From contig NC_087436.1 in NCBI RefSeq assembly GCF_036321535.1, forward strand, positions 58,220,001 through 58,284,000: a stretch of 64,000 nt of DNA, in the 5' to 3' direction. Both the position numbers and the translations under genes were made by a program. Of this stretch, positions 28,943-43,200 are shown one piece after another. Under the pieces are notes generated by a model. The model was not told the origin of the DNA and searched no databases. It saw only the letters and a program-made list of their open reading frames with translations. The DNA comes from Camelus dromedarius (taxonomy: Eukaryota). Every line of letters begins with the position of its first letter. The stretch's first letter is position 1.

Positions 28943-29480
28943 TGTAAGTGAGAAACCGCTCCACCTATCTAAATCTGCAGGCTATTCACAAAGAGATTCT
29001 TCTTTGGTGTTTTGCTATCCAAACCCAGTATTTCTTTTCATGGACTTAAAACCGGAGGGTGGCAGTCTGTAAATCTGCAGGAGGAAGAGAGAAGTTGGTT
29101 TCTATAGTTCCAAAATAGGTCAAATATGTTTCATATCTGAAGAAATATTTCCCACTGAGTCAGGTAAGAACTCAGTCCACTATTGTTTCTCCTTACCCCT
29201 CTTACTAAACCCCAATTTTCCAAACCAAGTCCTCTAAATGACTATTCCAGTCTAGCAGCCCTACATTCCGATCTGTGATGAGAAAACCTCCCTCCATCTT
29301 CTGAGAATTTGAACAGAAATCAACCAAACTTCAATTTACCTGTTCCATTTTCTCTTATAAAATCTTTAAATTCTCTGCTCTCTGCAGAACACTCATCTTA
29401 AAGTTGTGCTCACTTTGCAGTACCTTAATTTAATGGCTTTGTTTGCTTTTTGACCATCCATGGTTAAGACTTTCACCATA
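28943..29480 (+). mobile_element. Probable old ERV1-class solo LTR
   Basis: TG start, TATA-like 'cttataaaat' followed by 'ctctgctctctgcagaacact', GC-richer than flanks. Family not determined. Confidence 0.4.
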
Positions 29481-32400
29481 GAAAAGGAGCTAAGAGTAAA
29501 GGAAGCAGGAGAGTGATGTTCATATAATAGGGATCAAGAAATAATAGAAAGCAAACTTTCAGCTCAATATATAACCATTATAGAGATGGTTTATCCATTA
29601 CTAGTGATGTATTTTCATTAATGATTCTAAAAACAATTTAACAGTATCGCAAATTCACGATAAGTGGCCTTCAGTGGCCAAAAGCATTCACACCTCAACT
29701 ATAAATTATTTTAATCAGTGAAGGAGATCCAAAGAAATACTTAAGGAAGAGAGGCTTCATTTGAAATTATAAATTAGGCACAATAATAAACAGTTCAGGT
29801 TAAATACCGAACAGGATATAATTGTAGAATGTGACAATGACAGACAGACTAGAAAAGACTAGAAAGCGTGCTTGATTCAAAATCAAGAAAACTGCCTCTT
29901 GCTCATTTCTGTCACTGACCAGGGGTAGGAAACTGTTGCATGAATTAACGTAGAAATAATTTTCTCTTCTGTAAAATAAGAAAGCTTGATTATTCTCACC
30001 TCCCAAAATTTTATGATACTGAAATCTCTAAGAAGGAGATAGGAAAATAAGGGAGAGGGAAAAGTTAAAAAAAATTAGCAATAGGTTATTTATTTGCAGA
30101 AGAATTAAGAAAGTGCAAGTAAAATGACAATAGAAACAAACGTTATGAAATTCTGATGGCTTGAATTAAAAGTTTCCGTACATTTTTTGGCTTCATAGGC
30201 CATAGATTAGTACTGCCTATACCCGCTTAGCTTGGTATTCCCACTCACAACAAATTCAAATGTTAGGTTATTTTCTACTCATATTTTCCCCAATCACTCA
30301 CAGTTATGCAGAGGAAGAAGAAGAAACAGTAAATATTTGAGCAGGTTATACTTCTTTATGCTCTATAATTCTACAGTATCATAAACATGCACTCATGTTC
30401 AATAGTATCTTTAAATTTTTAACTCCAAGAATTATATGGCTCTACAATTCAGTGAAAAGGATTTCTCTTATTCCCCCAAAATATATGTTATTCAATTTTG
30501 GGGGTTGGGGGAAAAATAAGTACTTTTTCTTTCTCTTTCTTAGTTCCCAGAGACTAAGAAGTGAAGCAGCACTCTAAACTGTACAAGGATAATGGCACCT
30601 CACACAAGATGTCAAAGTGATAGTGACAGGAAAAAGTTAAGAGCCAACTAAAGCATTCTTTCTTAACAACTGTGAACTCCACATAACCTTAGAGATGATT
30701 TTAATATCATGCTTGAGATCCCCTGGAGTTCTTATATAACTGGTATGATATGATACTGTACAGTAAGTAATTAAATAATAACATGTTCAGGGAAAAGCTT
30801 AATGTTACACAGCAAATGCATGATTCTGAGGAAACGTAGGAACCTATTTTCAGCTCAGACTCCAAGTAGAAAGAGGCTTTTTGTCACCAAGTGTCTTGGA
30901 CAGCCTCTATGCCATGGCCCCACAGCTCATAGAATGCAGAACTGCTGGCAGAAAAATACTGATGTTATGGAAAGAAGGCAGTCTGGAATTTATTTAACCA
31001 TATCCATATAGATGCATGTTTCTCATTACAGTGCTAATCTCAACAAATGCTGCACAAAGTTCCTTACTAAAGAACCCTGTCAGTTACAATTAAATGTAGA
31101 CAAATGGCGCATGGGAATTCTATCTGCTTGAGTCAGCATTGTGATGCCTAGTGTGGGTAAAACCATGGAGCTAACACTGCCTACAGAATTCTGCCTTATC
31201 AAAGAGTTTTTTCTGTATCAGTATACCACATACATCCAGAAACTCCTTATACAATTTTATCACTTCAGTGATGGTCTAGCACTTTCTTTATGATCATGAT
31301 AAAACAGATACTCTACCACTAGTTTCATATTACTTCTTCCCCTTGTATTTTGTGCAAATTACTGTCATGCCTTTTTGGAATGGATTATTCAACTTCCTAA
31401 CAGGTTAAAAAAAGCACACCTGGAAGTTAGTATTACATAGTTCTTTATTTAAAACATAAAATTTAGTAGTATGTGAAATTTAGCTTAAAGTTTTAAGTGA
31501 AATTAATTACTAAAATTGTACCTGGCATTTATTTTTATGTGCAGATTGTATACTCAGATATTTTACATTAATTATTTTTTAAATGATCATGCCAGCCCTA
31601 TTACAAAGTTTTTTCTATTTTCCGTATTCTGTAGGTAAGAAACTGAAGTTGATACATTAAGCAATTTGTTAAGGTAACTGGTGGGAAGTGTTAGGGCTGA
31701 ATTTGAATCTCTTGAGACAGACTCCATAACCCACTCATTTATAAGGAAAAGTACACTGCCTTTCTAATTTAGGGCATTTCATTAGTAGCCTGTAATTATT
31801 ATCAGCAATTTAAGATGCCATTTTTTTCTTTCTTATGATAATCATAACCAACATTTACTAAGTACCAGCATTACCCTAAGCAATTTCATGTAACATATTC
31901 AGATCTCACAAGAAGCATGTAAGACAAATACTATTATTTTCCCTATTATACAAATGAGTAAACTTGAGAATAGAGAATGAAAGAAACTTGCTCAAGTATT
32001 ATAAATCTGAAGTAAAGGAAGTAAGACTCAAATCCAGGCAGTCTGTCTCCTATGTCCCTGTGATTACTTTTCCACCAGAAAGCCTCTAAATGAAAATAAC
32101 ATAGAATAAGAAAATATAAAGTTCTTTCAAAAACATTTTATTTTCTAATGTTGAAAAGATTAAACTATATTGACCATATTACCTGCAATTAACTGAGAAG
32201 TTAGTTTTGAGGTAAAAATTATATCACAATTACTTTTTGCCTAAAGCTTAGGTCTCCTATATTAACCAGTATATCCTATTAACACAAATTTTGAGAATAT
32301 ATAATAAATGCATTTATTGTTGAATCAATATCTCTGAAGACAAAGCCATTTTACCTCTCAATGATAGCAAAGAGAAGAAAATCTGAAGAGCCATGTCACT

Positions 32401-32569
32401 TAAAAAAGCAATCAGTTCCTAGGTAATTTGCTATATAGTTTACAGAAGGATGTTCAATTTGCCTTGTAATCAGAAAAATGAAAATTAAGGTCATAATGGT
32501 ATATAATGTTTCACACATAAAATGAGTAAAAATTTGGAAGACAAATGATGCTCAGTGTTGATACCACGC

Positions 32570-33690
32570 ATCAATCTGTCAGAAAATCCTAATAACTCTC
32601 TTTAAAAGATACTCAGAATCCAATCACCATTCACCACATCTTCTTTGTATCACCAGGGGAGTGCCACCATCTCTAACCAGGCTGATGGTAATACCTCTTC
32701 ATCATTCCCCCGACTTGCAGTTTTGCCCCCTTCTTCTGTTCTATTCTCTGAAGTAGCTGAAGGACTCTGCTAAAATGTAAGGATTATATACTTATCAGAT
32801 CAATACCGTGAAATGTCTCCCCGTTTCACTCAGTGTAAAATCTAAAGCTTTTACAATTAACTCTAAAAGTTTACATGATCCATTTATTGTTACCTCCACT
32901 TCATCTCCATCTGACTCACTGTGCTCTGATCTCTTCGCTGTTTTCCCCACAGGAGGCATGCCCTTTTCTTTAAGCTTTTCACCAGAAAATCCCTCCTCCT
33001 GAAATTCTCTTCCTTCAGATATTTACATTGATAACTCCCTACCTCCACCAAGTTTTTGCTAATATGCAATCTGCATGAGATCTGTGCTGTTCACCCTATT
33101 TAAAATTCCTCACCCCTCTTTTACTCCCAGCACCACTTATGCTTTTCTATTCTTTGCATTCTACTTTTCACTTTCATATCATCTTCTAACATATAATTTA
33201 CACATTTTATGTTTGTTTTAGATTGTATGACTTCATTAGCTAGAATACATGCAGCATAATGTCTGACATCTTCGTCTTTTTTAATAGACAAATTTTTAGA
33301 GCAGTTTTAGGTTCAAAGTAAAACTGACTGAGCAGAAGGTAGAGATTTTCCCTTATACTCACATGCAGTCTCCCCCATGATCAATATCCTCTACCAGAGT
33401 GATGCATTTGTTACAACTGATGAAACTATACTGATATTTTCACCCAAAGACCACAGTTAACATCCACGCATGGTGTTGTACATTTTATGGGTTTGGACAA
33501 ATGTATAGTGACATGTATCCACCATCACAGTTTCATGCAGAGTATTTTCACTGCCCTAAAAATCCTCTGTGCTATACCTTTTCATCCCTCTCACCTCACT
33601 AGTCTTTGTCTTTTTGTGTTCATCCAAATAGCTTAGAATAGGACCTGAGACAACAGGAGCTAAAAAAATACTTTTTGAATAAATAAATGG
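32570..33690 (+). mobile_element. L2 3' region interrupted by an antisense L1MC-like fragment (~33280-33600)
   Basis: Pyrimidine-rich L2-like body ending 'gcttagaataggacctg...tttttgaataaataaatg'. The inner segment is homologous to ~16900-17240. Confidence 0.7.
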
Positions 33691-36600
33691 ATTACACTAC
33701 TTGGTACATTCCCTAGAGAAATCCTTGTTCTGATGTACCACTAAAGCAAGTTTGCTTGTGAGAGCAAAACACTGGAAATCACCCAGATATTTATACTTTG
33801 AGGAAAGGTGCTTCCCAGAGGCCTCAGTTATTTTGTAGATACCTCATGTTCTATCTTTTATTCATTTCAAGGGCATTTCCAATCTTAATTTTAAAGATCA
33901 GAACTTAATAATCCTTAGATTAGCTGCCTGATTAGAATCTATTTAATTAAGCTTTTGGCTAAATCCAGCAGGAATGATGGGGTCTCCCCTCCCATTCCCT
34001 CACAGGATTTCAACTATTGTCCATTTTAAGTCCAAAAATACTTGAGAGTTTCCAGTCTCCTAAAGTATATAATACTGATTGCTACCATCAGTGACAGCTT
34101 TTCTTTTTCGTTTTCAATTCAAACCCTTAAATAATGTCTTCTAACAGTGTCATCAGCCTAAAACCTACCTTCATTTTCACATTTATGTACCGACACCCTA
34201 TCTTCATTATATCTTGCCCTTTTTGCATGGGTCAGGGTTCTTAGTGTTTGAATTCAATCTTATTTATGACATGCCTCTCTTTCCATTTATTTAAGTGTCC
34301 TTAACTGCTTGCAGTGGTTACATCACAAGTCTAGGGACTAAAATGAACATAAGATTAATATCATATATAGTTTATAAAAACCTTGAATGATAGTTAAATA
34401 TGTAAAATTAACATATAAAACCATTAGAATGAAATATTATTCAAACCCTCTCATTTTCAAAGCATGTATCATAAATGTATTGGTCTCTAAATTCCTTTTA
34501 CCTAAAACAGTCCAACCTAAAAATAAAAGAACCTGTAATACTATTTACTATCTACATTAAAACTGGGATCCAGGTCAAGCAAGTCCCCAGTAACGGGCTT
34601 AAGTAAGGAAGGCATATGTAAGAGACTAAGCAGCCCACAAATATTTAGATAAAAGACAAGAAGGTTGAGCAGGGAGAACACCATGAATTTAAGGAAAAGA
34701 AACAAGCTTCAGGACAGTGAATAAATTTATCTGGCTTGTATAATGTTGTTTTCTTTTTAGCTTCTTAGATTTCACAATCACCCATCCTGTTTCATTAAAC
34801 ACTTGCATTTGTTAAATATCTTAGAATTTTTAGCAAGGCATTGCCATTTCTGATATCCCTAATGTTATATTTAAATCATATGTTTCAAACCTGTCATTTT
34901 CAAAACAAGAAATGCTTCTATGATCAAGTATTGAAATGTCAATTTACAATTTAGAGTTTTTAAGAACAGGTTTAAAAAAAATAAAGTACACAATAGGTAT
35001 TCAAAAATCTATGTTAACTACTGTTTCTTGTCTCTTACTTTGTGCTTTTGACAGTGTTTTTCAAAAAAAAAAAAAAAGCAACTGAAGGATGATATCAATA
35101 TGAATAAAGAACTGGAAAAACTCAGACACACACACACACTGAAAGTAACAAAATGCCAGAAATATACCTTTTGTGACATGGTTTCTTTAACTGATCAAAG
35201 CAATATAGGAAGAATCAAGGCTCTACCAGGTTGTCTTTAAATATACTCTATTTTTGAAAGTAGTACTTAATGTTGGAATACTGACTGGCTTAAAGTGAAA
35301 AATAAACTATTCTATTTTTTTTTCTCATCCTCAGTTCACCCAAAAATTATCTTGGCAAGCAAGGAAACAAACAAAATTATAATTTCTATAAGAGAATACA
35401 AAATTCAAGATTATTTTTATTCCTAAAATTACATGTTAAGAGAGATTAATTATTTTGAACAAGCAACTACACTATATATTTCGACTAGTTACAAATCCAA
35501 GGAATTTCAGGGAATTTTAATACTATGGCTATATCTTACCTACTACTTGACGGTGAGTAATATTATTATTCAAATTTGGAGACAGCTTCATCTGTTTGTT
35601 CACATTTTAAATACAATTTCTGTCTATATTTTAACAATAACATCCATAATGTTTGGATTTGGGCTGAATATGCATGGTAGTAATGGGAGGCTTTTATTTT
35701 TTGGTGAATTAAATCAGTTGTAGGAAAAAAGGAACATAATGAAAACTACCTTCAGCTTAGCATTAAAATGGGAATTTAAAAAATGGCCTTTTGGACACTG
35801 ACCTTTCCACACCTTAAAAAGATTGATGACATAATGTTTAATGGTACTACTGCAGTACTTAATACCACATAATTCACTTTCATAGCAAAGCAAATGACTT
35901 TTAAACTATCTTAAAAAAAGATGACACAGCTCAGATCACCAGGTCAGGATCTTTACTGCTACCCTTGAAGAGAGAAAAATAATTCTCCAGGGAAAATGCT
36001 TTCACATGGATTATATCTGGCACCTGGTTTGCTATTTTATACTGCATTTGGATCAATACTATCTTGAAAGGAAGTCTAGACATAACTTCTAGCTACCCAA
36101 ATATATCACAAGTCTTATTTTTTAAGTAATTATTAATGTAAGACTACAAACATTAAGGTGATGACTTTCCTAAGATATTTCAAATATTTCACATTATACA
36201 TTATATTATATTATGTTATATTAACTAATGATAAATATAATACATACAGCAATTCAAAAATGTGTTAATTTCAGAATTTTATGCATATATAGTTTTGCTG
36301 AAATAGTTAAGAATAAAAGGACATATTTATGAATGTTACTGATAGATTATATGCCATTCATATTAAAATAAATTAATTTTAAAATTAGCAAAGATAGTCA
36401 CCTGCATACTTGTTAAAATAATCATACATGGACATATATTTTTAAAATGTTCAAACAAATTGAGATTTCATATCAGTTTAGTAATATGCTTTTAAAAACA
36501 TTTGAGAGTATGCATTATAGTGATAGAGCTGAAGGCAATTAAATGAATATTTTAGAAACATACTGTTATCCAAATCCACAGAGCTAAGCTCAGTCTGTTT

Positions 36601-39349
36601 AAATGAGACATTAATGTACAAAGTGATATCATCAAAAAAAGTCACACCCATGGGTAAAGTCTAGATAGTTATTTGTTAATATCCAGAAACATATGAGGGA
36701 AAACGTTAACTCACTGGCAAAACAAAGATGAATTTTTTCCCGTTACTAATACTACTACAAATAGGAAGAAGGAAAGTTGAAGTTACAGATTTTTTTTTTA
36801 ATTTGACAATGTAGAGTTAATAAATATTTTGAATGAGGTCAAAACTTCTAAATGGAAACAATGTATTTGCTATTTGAAATTATTCACTTCAGTATTCAGA
36901 GACTGTTACTAGCTGGTTTTTAAGTCTATAGGTCACTTTGTTCAAACTTTTAAATGACAACACCTAAGTAAGGAAATAATATAAAATTCTCTTTCTTACT
37001 TGTTTGTTAGCATTTTGAGACAGTCTGACAAACCTATGTTTACAAAACTGCTAAGAGTGATCTGTAAGAATAAAATCATGTAAATTTGCCATTTTTTGAA
37101 GGTTAAAATAATACTTCTAAGTCAATCCCAATTCTATAAAAAAAAGCATTTAAAACCCCACTATACTGTTATCATGAATTGAATTTTCATAGCATTTTCT
37201 TTGGAACTATTCAAAAGTTCAGTTAAACAAGCAAAAGTCATAATGAATATATTAAAAATTTACAATCACAACATATCTCAAGCTACTTTTACATAAAAGC
37301 AAGATATTATATTTATTCAATTCAAAATTTCACCAATAAAGTGAAAACAGAAGTAGAAGAAGAAGAAGATGGAGGAGGAGGAACATTTATATAACTATCA
37401 GTTTTCAAAACACTTTGGAAAAATTATCTCATTTTATCCTTACAACAATCTTGGAAAACAGATATCATTTTCTATTTTGCTGAAAACTTCCTCTATAAAG
37501 TTAAGTTGCCCCACCCTCTATCACTCTTTTTAGCACTAATCCACATTCTGTCTGAACATGAAGACCTGAACCTTTTCACAAAACTGCTTCCTCATCCTTT
37601 AGTAATCCTACTTTCAACACTCCAGATCACCACCTTTCTTTCTCATTTTTCCTTTTCCTTCTTCATCATGTATGATGCATACTGCTTTCTCCAGTTTGTA
37701 ACTGTCTTTTTCTGTACATTTCCAGGTCCACCTCAAGATTATGCTATCTAATCACATAAGTTTAAAAACCAAGTAATTAAAGTTCCTCAAATTATTATTG
37801 AAAAGTAAATTAGTTCTGAGTAAATTGTTTGGTGTTCTACTAACAATAACATGTATAGACAATAATAAGGGAATTTGTGAAACTTATTTTGAAATCTCAG
37901 ATGGTAATTTTATAGATAAGCTCAGTGAAAACAGACGAGTATTTACTAAAATAAATATATGAAATAAAAATACAGATAAAATAACACATAAATAGGTGAT
38001 TTTCAGTCTTTATTTTGTAAAATTATCATTCAAAGCAAAGCCTTTTCAGATTTAAAATTATGATAACAAGATAATAAAGACCCTAAGAGAATAAGTATTA
38101 GCAAAAATAGTATTTCAAAACTAAAATTCTAACAAAAATTAGGAGTGTTCTCAAAGTATCAATAAACCTGCCATTTGAGGACAACAGCCATGTCTGAATA
38201 TGATTCAACATCATATATACATCTGCAAGATGATGATAATGAAATGTACAACTTTTCTGTTTCAATGAATTTTTCATTCATTCAATCAGTAAACATTTAT
38301 AAACTTCCATTATATTTGAGACACTGTACTAGGCATTAAGGGGACTAAAATTAAATATAGAAAAGTCCTTAGCCTTAAAATTAAAAATTAGCAATTATAA
38401 TACATTTAGTTTACAATAGAGAAAATCAAAATATACAAAAAAAACTTCTAATATAGATCTTAAAATTTTACTGAGATACACAACTATGAAATGTACATAT
38501 CTTAAGTAAATAGCTCCTTTAATTTTACATATGCCCTTGTAGCATATATGAAACTGTAATGTGAAAAATATGTAAAAAGCACTCAGATCAACATATAGAA
38601 CATATCCTATACCTCAAAGGCTCCTTCCTAATATTCTTTTGTAAAATGTAGAAGTTATGTTTGAAGAACAAGAGCCAAATAGTAAACAGTGAAATATACA
38701 TGAAAACTTGGCTTACAATATTCTAAAAACTAAGAATGTAGATAGTTGTGTATTTAGAAAATCATGAAACAGTAAAAATTTACAACTATCTAATTTGTTT
38801 TATAATGTACTGAAAATTTTAATGTGAATTTCAATCACTTTGAGGATTTTAATCTTTGAAATTTAAAATAATTAAATTTAAATAGCATGAGAAATAACTG
38901 TATAAAGTTATATCAATATTGATTTCAAATAGGTAATACTTGGAAACTTCAGTTAATTGTCTCTACCTATTTATCTGAGAATGTATAAATTACTAGATTA
39001 GTATAATAGTCATGGTAAAAGATTTTTGTTTCTGTTGTTTAGGCATAAAAAAAGTCCTTACAGATAAGTATACTAGTCATTTGCCAATGCCCTCAGAAAA
39101 GAATAATGTTTAATGAAATATCTGGATGAGTAGACACACAATAATACATGATCAGAAGGCATAAAAAGAAGTCTTAATCCCTTTAGCTTTCTATTATCAT
39201 GCAAGAACAGCCCAACTGTGGGATGAGAAACACACACAGAATATTCACTACCTTGAACAGAAGGTTTAACAGGCCCTGTATGGGAATAAGCTTTGCCAGT
39301 GTTACTTATCTAAAATAAGTCCATATTCATTCTTTATTTTCCCAGCGTA

Positions 39350-39566
39350 CTTTTTTTTTAAACTGATGTATAGTCAGTTTACAATGTTGTGTCAATTTCT
39401 GATGTATAGCGTAATGTTTCACTCATACGTATACATACATATATTCGTTTTCGTATTTTTTCATTATAGGTTACTACAAGATATTGAATATAGTTCCCTA
39501 TGCTATACAGAAGAAACTTGTATATCTATGTTATACATAGTAGTTGGTATCTGCAAATCTTGAACT
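39350..39566 (-). mobile_element. LINE-1 3'-end fragment (artiodactyl-type)
   Basis: Poly-T then 'tttacaatgttgtgtcaatttctgatgtatagc...tattgaatatagttccctatgctatacag'. Confidence 0.85.
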
Positions 39567-39567
39567 T

Positions 39568-39680
39568 GGGGGAGGGTATAACTCAGTTGTAGAGTAACTG
39601 CTTAGCATGCACAAGTTCCTAGGTTCAATCCCCAATACCTCTATTAAAAAAATAAAATAAAACAGCAAAAAAAAAAAAAA
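39568..39680 (+). mobile_element. tRNA-derived SINE, Vic-1-like (Camelidae)
   Basis: GGGGAGGGTATAACTCAGTTGTAGAG (A-box), then GCTTAGCATGCA, then GGTTCAATCCC (B-box), followed by an A-rich tail. Confidence 0.8.
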
Positions 39681-40049
39681 TTATGACTGTCAAATTTGTC
39701 AGATGCTGCATTTACTTACATAAGTAATCTATTAGATACCTCAGGCACACAAGGCATTTAGTATGTTAGCACTGAAAAAAAAAACAACTTTTTTATCAAA
39801 CTTGCCAGTTGTTGCAATCTTCTAAAATCCTCATTAAAAATACACAGTCATATGCCCCTTGCATTTACTCAATTAGAAGGTTAATGATATAGACTAGGTA
39901 TTTCAGTTTTTAACAATGGGGTAAAATAATAATTAGGCTCAGGAGAGTTACGAAAATACTAGGTTAAATCACACAAATTCCTTTGGGAGATATGAAGAAT
40001 ACAAGGTTCAAAAATTCATGGAAACATACTACTAAAAAATACTCATCCC

Positions 40050-40225
40050 TGGTTTCTCTTCCTCTTCTAATAAAGACACCAGTCCTACTGGATAAGAATC
40101 CCAGCCATATGACCTCATTTAACCTTAATTACCCCTTTTAAAAGGCCTTATCTCCAAATATGGTCACAGTAGGGCTTGGAGCTTCAACATATGAATTTTG
40201 GAGGTCATACATCAGTTCCTAAAAC
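40050..40225 (-). mobile_element. MLT1 (MaLR) LTR fragment
   Basis: 'tatgacctcatttaaccttaattacc...ggccttatctccaaata...gcttcaacatatgaattttgg'. Confidence 0.7.
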
Positions 40226-43200
40226 CTCCTTTACAGAGCAATGCAGTTAATGATGTAGTATTTCCCTCTTCAAATATGGGGAGACACTGACAAATTTTAA
40301 ACAGATTTGGACTTGAATGAAAAAAAATCTGGAGACAGGATGACTGATTTAAGGCTCTCACACTAGTAAAAAAGAAAATATATTGAGTATCTAAACTTAG
40401 GCAACAGAGATAGAAAAGAAGGAAAAAAATAGGTATTTAGAATTTTTTTTAAATATGTAGGTCAAACAGGTAACTAAAGAAAATGAAGTCAACACACTAC
40501 TGGGAAACCTGATAAATTCTTAGAATCACAGAACCTCAGAATTGAAAAAAATTTCAACACAATTTACAAGAATCTCCCATGCAATGCAGGAATCTTTTCC
40601 AGTATCTCTGGTAGGAACTTATCTAGTCTTTATGTAAACACTTCGGTGGCTGGTGAACTCAATTCCACACTGAACACTCTATTCAATTATCTAGGTTAAT
40701 GGATAAAGCCAAACTTTCACATGTTATAAACATTTTAATTAGTTGATGAAATTGTTTCATATATAATTTTCCACTCAGAATTTGAGATCACCTCACATTT
40801 TTTTTTTCTTGATGTCTTTCATAATTAAATTCCACAGGCCCTAAAAAAATTGTTTCAGTTCTTTTCAGGAAAATACTGGTATTCTACCATTATTTACACA
40901 CTCCTAGGGTGCAACTCATTATTCATTTTAATATCTTGAAGTTTTGTTTTTTTCCCCACATGAAGGTAGCAGAGCCTCTTTCTATTTATTATCTTTCTAT
41001 AAAAGTACAAAGAACAATTCTCATGGAAGGATGAGGCAATATTTCAACATGATGGGTTAACATTTCCTGCTGGCACATTTTCTCTCTAGGTAGTTTTTAG
41101 CAGATCTTATAAAAATTAAATATAACAATGAAAAAAATTTTAGTTGACACACAATTTTAATATGCAACTGAATAACTCAATATTCTTCTAGGACACACAG
41201 GTATAGAGACATTCACACCTACCCACTACCTATGTGGGTGTGATGGGAAGGTGGTGTACATGGGGGAGGCGCATTCCACACTAATTCTTTAACTCACGTA
41301 TTTAAAGAAAATAACTACTAGAGATTCTTTGACTAATAGTGCGCAAAATCACTATATATAGCACCATAACTCTAGAGCTCATGTTTTTATGTAAAACAGA
41401 TAGTGATTAATCTTACTGTATCAGCATACCAATATCTTCTAAGAATAAGAGAACTCAGTATTTCAAAGTTATATACTTTATAAAGAAGTCTACTTACATC
41501 ACACATAGTACTTTTAAAACACATTTTGAAAGCTAATCTTTAATATTAAACACACATACACACATACACGAGTTTTTTTCCCTCAGTCAATCTAAAAGGA
41601 ATAATAACTTTAATCTGAGGTTATAAAAACATATCTCTTAATTTTACAGGATTATATGACATTCCTACAACATGTCAGAGATTATCATCAGTGTGACAAT
41701 TTACCTGCAGTTACTCATTTATTTAACATAGTGCATACATTAACAAACATCCTTTATGCGTAATGACAGTAGTAGCTTTAAAATAGAAATTTTGTTTTTG
41801 TAGTGAACATCAATCATTTTCTGGATCTGGACAGAGAAATGAAAAGTGTGGAGGCTGACAGTTCTGACAGAGGACACCATGTGTTGAGGCCAGTGATTAT
41901 CTCACAATTAAACAAAATCCCTTTGCTGGTGCAAGATTTTAATGTGAAAAAAAGTGGAAGTTTCAGAAAAGAATGAAAGTTACCAGAACACTGCCAGGTA
42001 GTCTAAGTATTTTGCTAACTTTGGGTTGTAGAAACAAGAGTCACGTGGCAGTACCCTGGGCCCACATATACTTACAAAGGCTCAAGTATTTCTGAAGGAC
42101 AAAAAGAGGGGTGGGAGAAGTTTTTAGTTACAACTAGGATGAACTGTGGGAACTTGCATTTTTAGTTGGCGACATCAAGACGTCTGCTTTTAGACACAGA
42201 CCTCCTATGGAAAAGCAGACACACAGATTTAGAAATTATTAATCTGAGGCTCAACTTATTTGCACAAACTTGGGAGTTTTTCTGAATTCTGAGGATTTTT
42301 TTTTTTTTTGACCAAACCTTCTGCTTCTAAGGAAATGATCAGAGTGCAAAATCTATGAATCGCTTGCAAAACAATCACCTGAAGGTATTCCTAAAAACAC
42401 AGATTCCTGAGCTTTACCCTAGATATGAATCAGCATTCACACTGAACTTTGAGAACCACTGCAGTGGGAATTTCTAAATATTCTCAGTAATTTGAAGAAA
42501 AGAGTACAATAATTCTGACTGTAATGATAAATCAGAGTTTACCAAAAAGTGATGTAGAGTGGGATAATACTGATCTTGGAGGGATTTAGAAAAAAAATTC
42601 TCCATAGCCTTCCAGGCAAGATTGATCTTCCCAAACTCAATCTTCACACAAACTAGAATGAACATGAAATAACCATTGCTTACCTCTAAGTAACAGGCAG
42701 ATTAGGAACTCACTTATTGATATTTTCAAAGAAGAATTTCTGACAAGACCAAACATGACTAGAGTATAGTGAAAAATTTTGGAGGGAATGTGCATACACT
42801 GAGAAATAATGCATTCTTTTCATTCCTATTTTGTATATGGAATAATTTCATTGTCAGTGAATGTTACAAATAAGGGGTACCACAGCAGTATCCTCTATCA
42901 ATGATACCACCGCTCTCTATAAATAAAGCACGCCCAATAAAGGACTATGGAATGGTGCACTGATAAGTTTCTTCAAAATCCTCAATATATCGTGCAAGTT
43001 TATATATGATCTAGATCCTGCCAGTCTCCTCTCCCAGGGCTTTGGGTGGCTGATATTATGTGGAGCCTCAGCCATTCTGCTTCCCTGTTGAATGTTCTTC
43101 CACATCCTACTCCATTTCTACCTCCTTCCTGCCCCCACCCACAGTTATCTTGGGTAACTCCTGCTTATTATATTGTGAGAGCTTAAACAGAGACTTTATG

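Noticed and set aside
31610..31642. Polypyrimidine-AG|GTAAGA recursive splice motif
   Set aside because: It lies in a degraded MIR core, so it is probably a chance derivative.
39568..39640. Functional tRNA gene
   Set aside because: Degenerate stems and an A-rich tail indicate a SINE.
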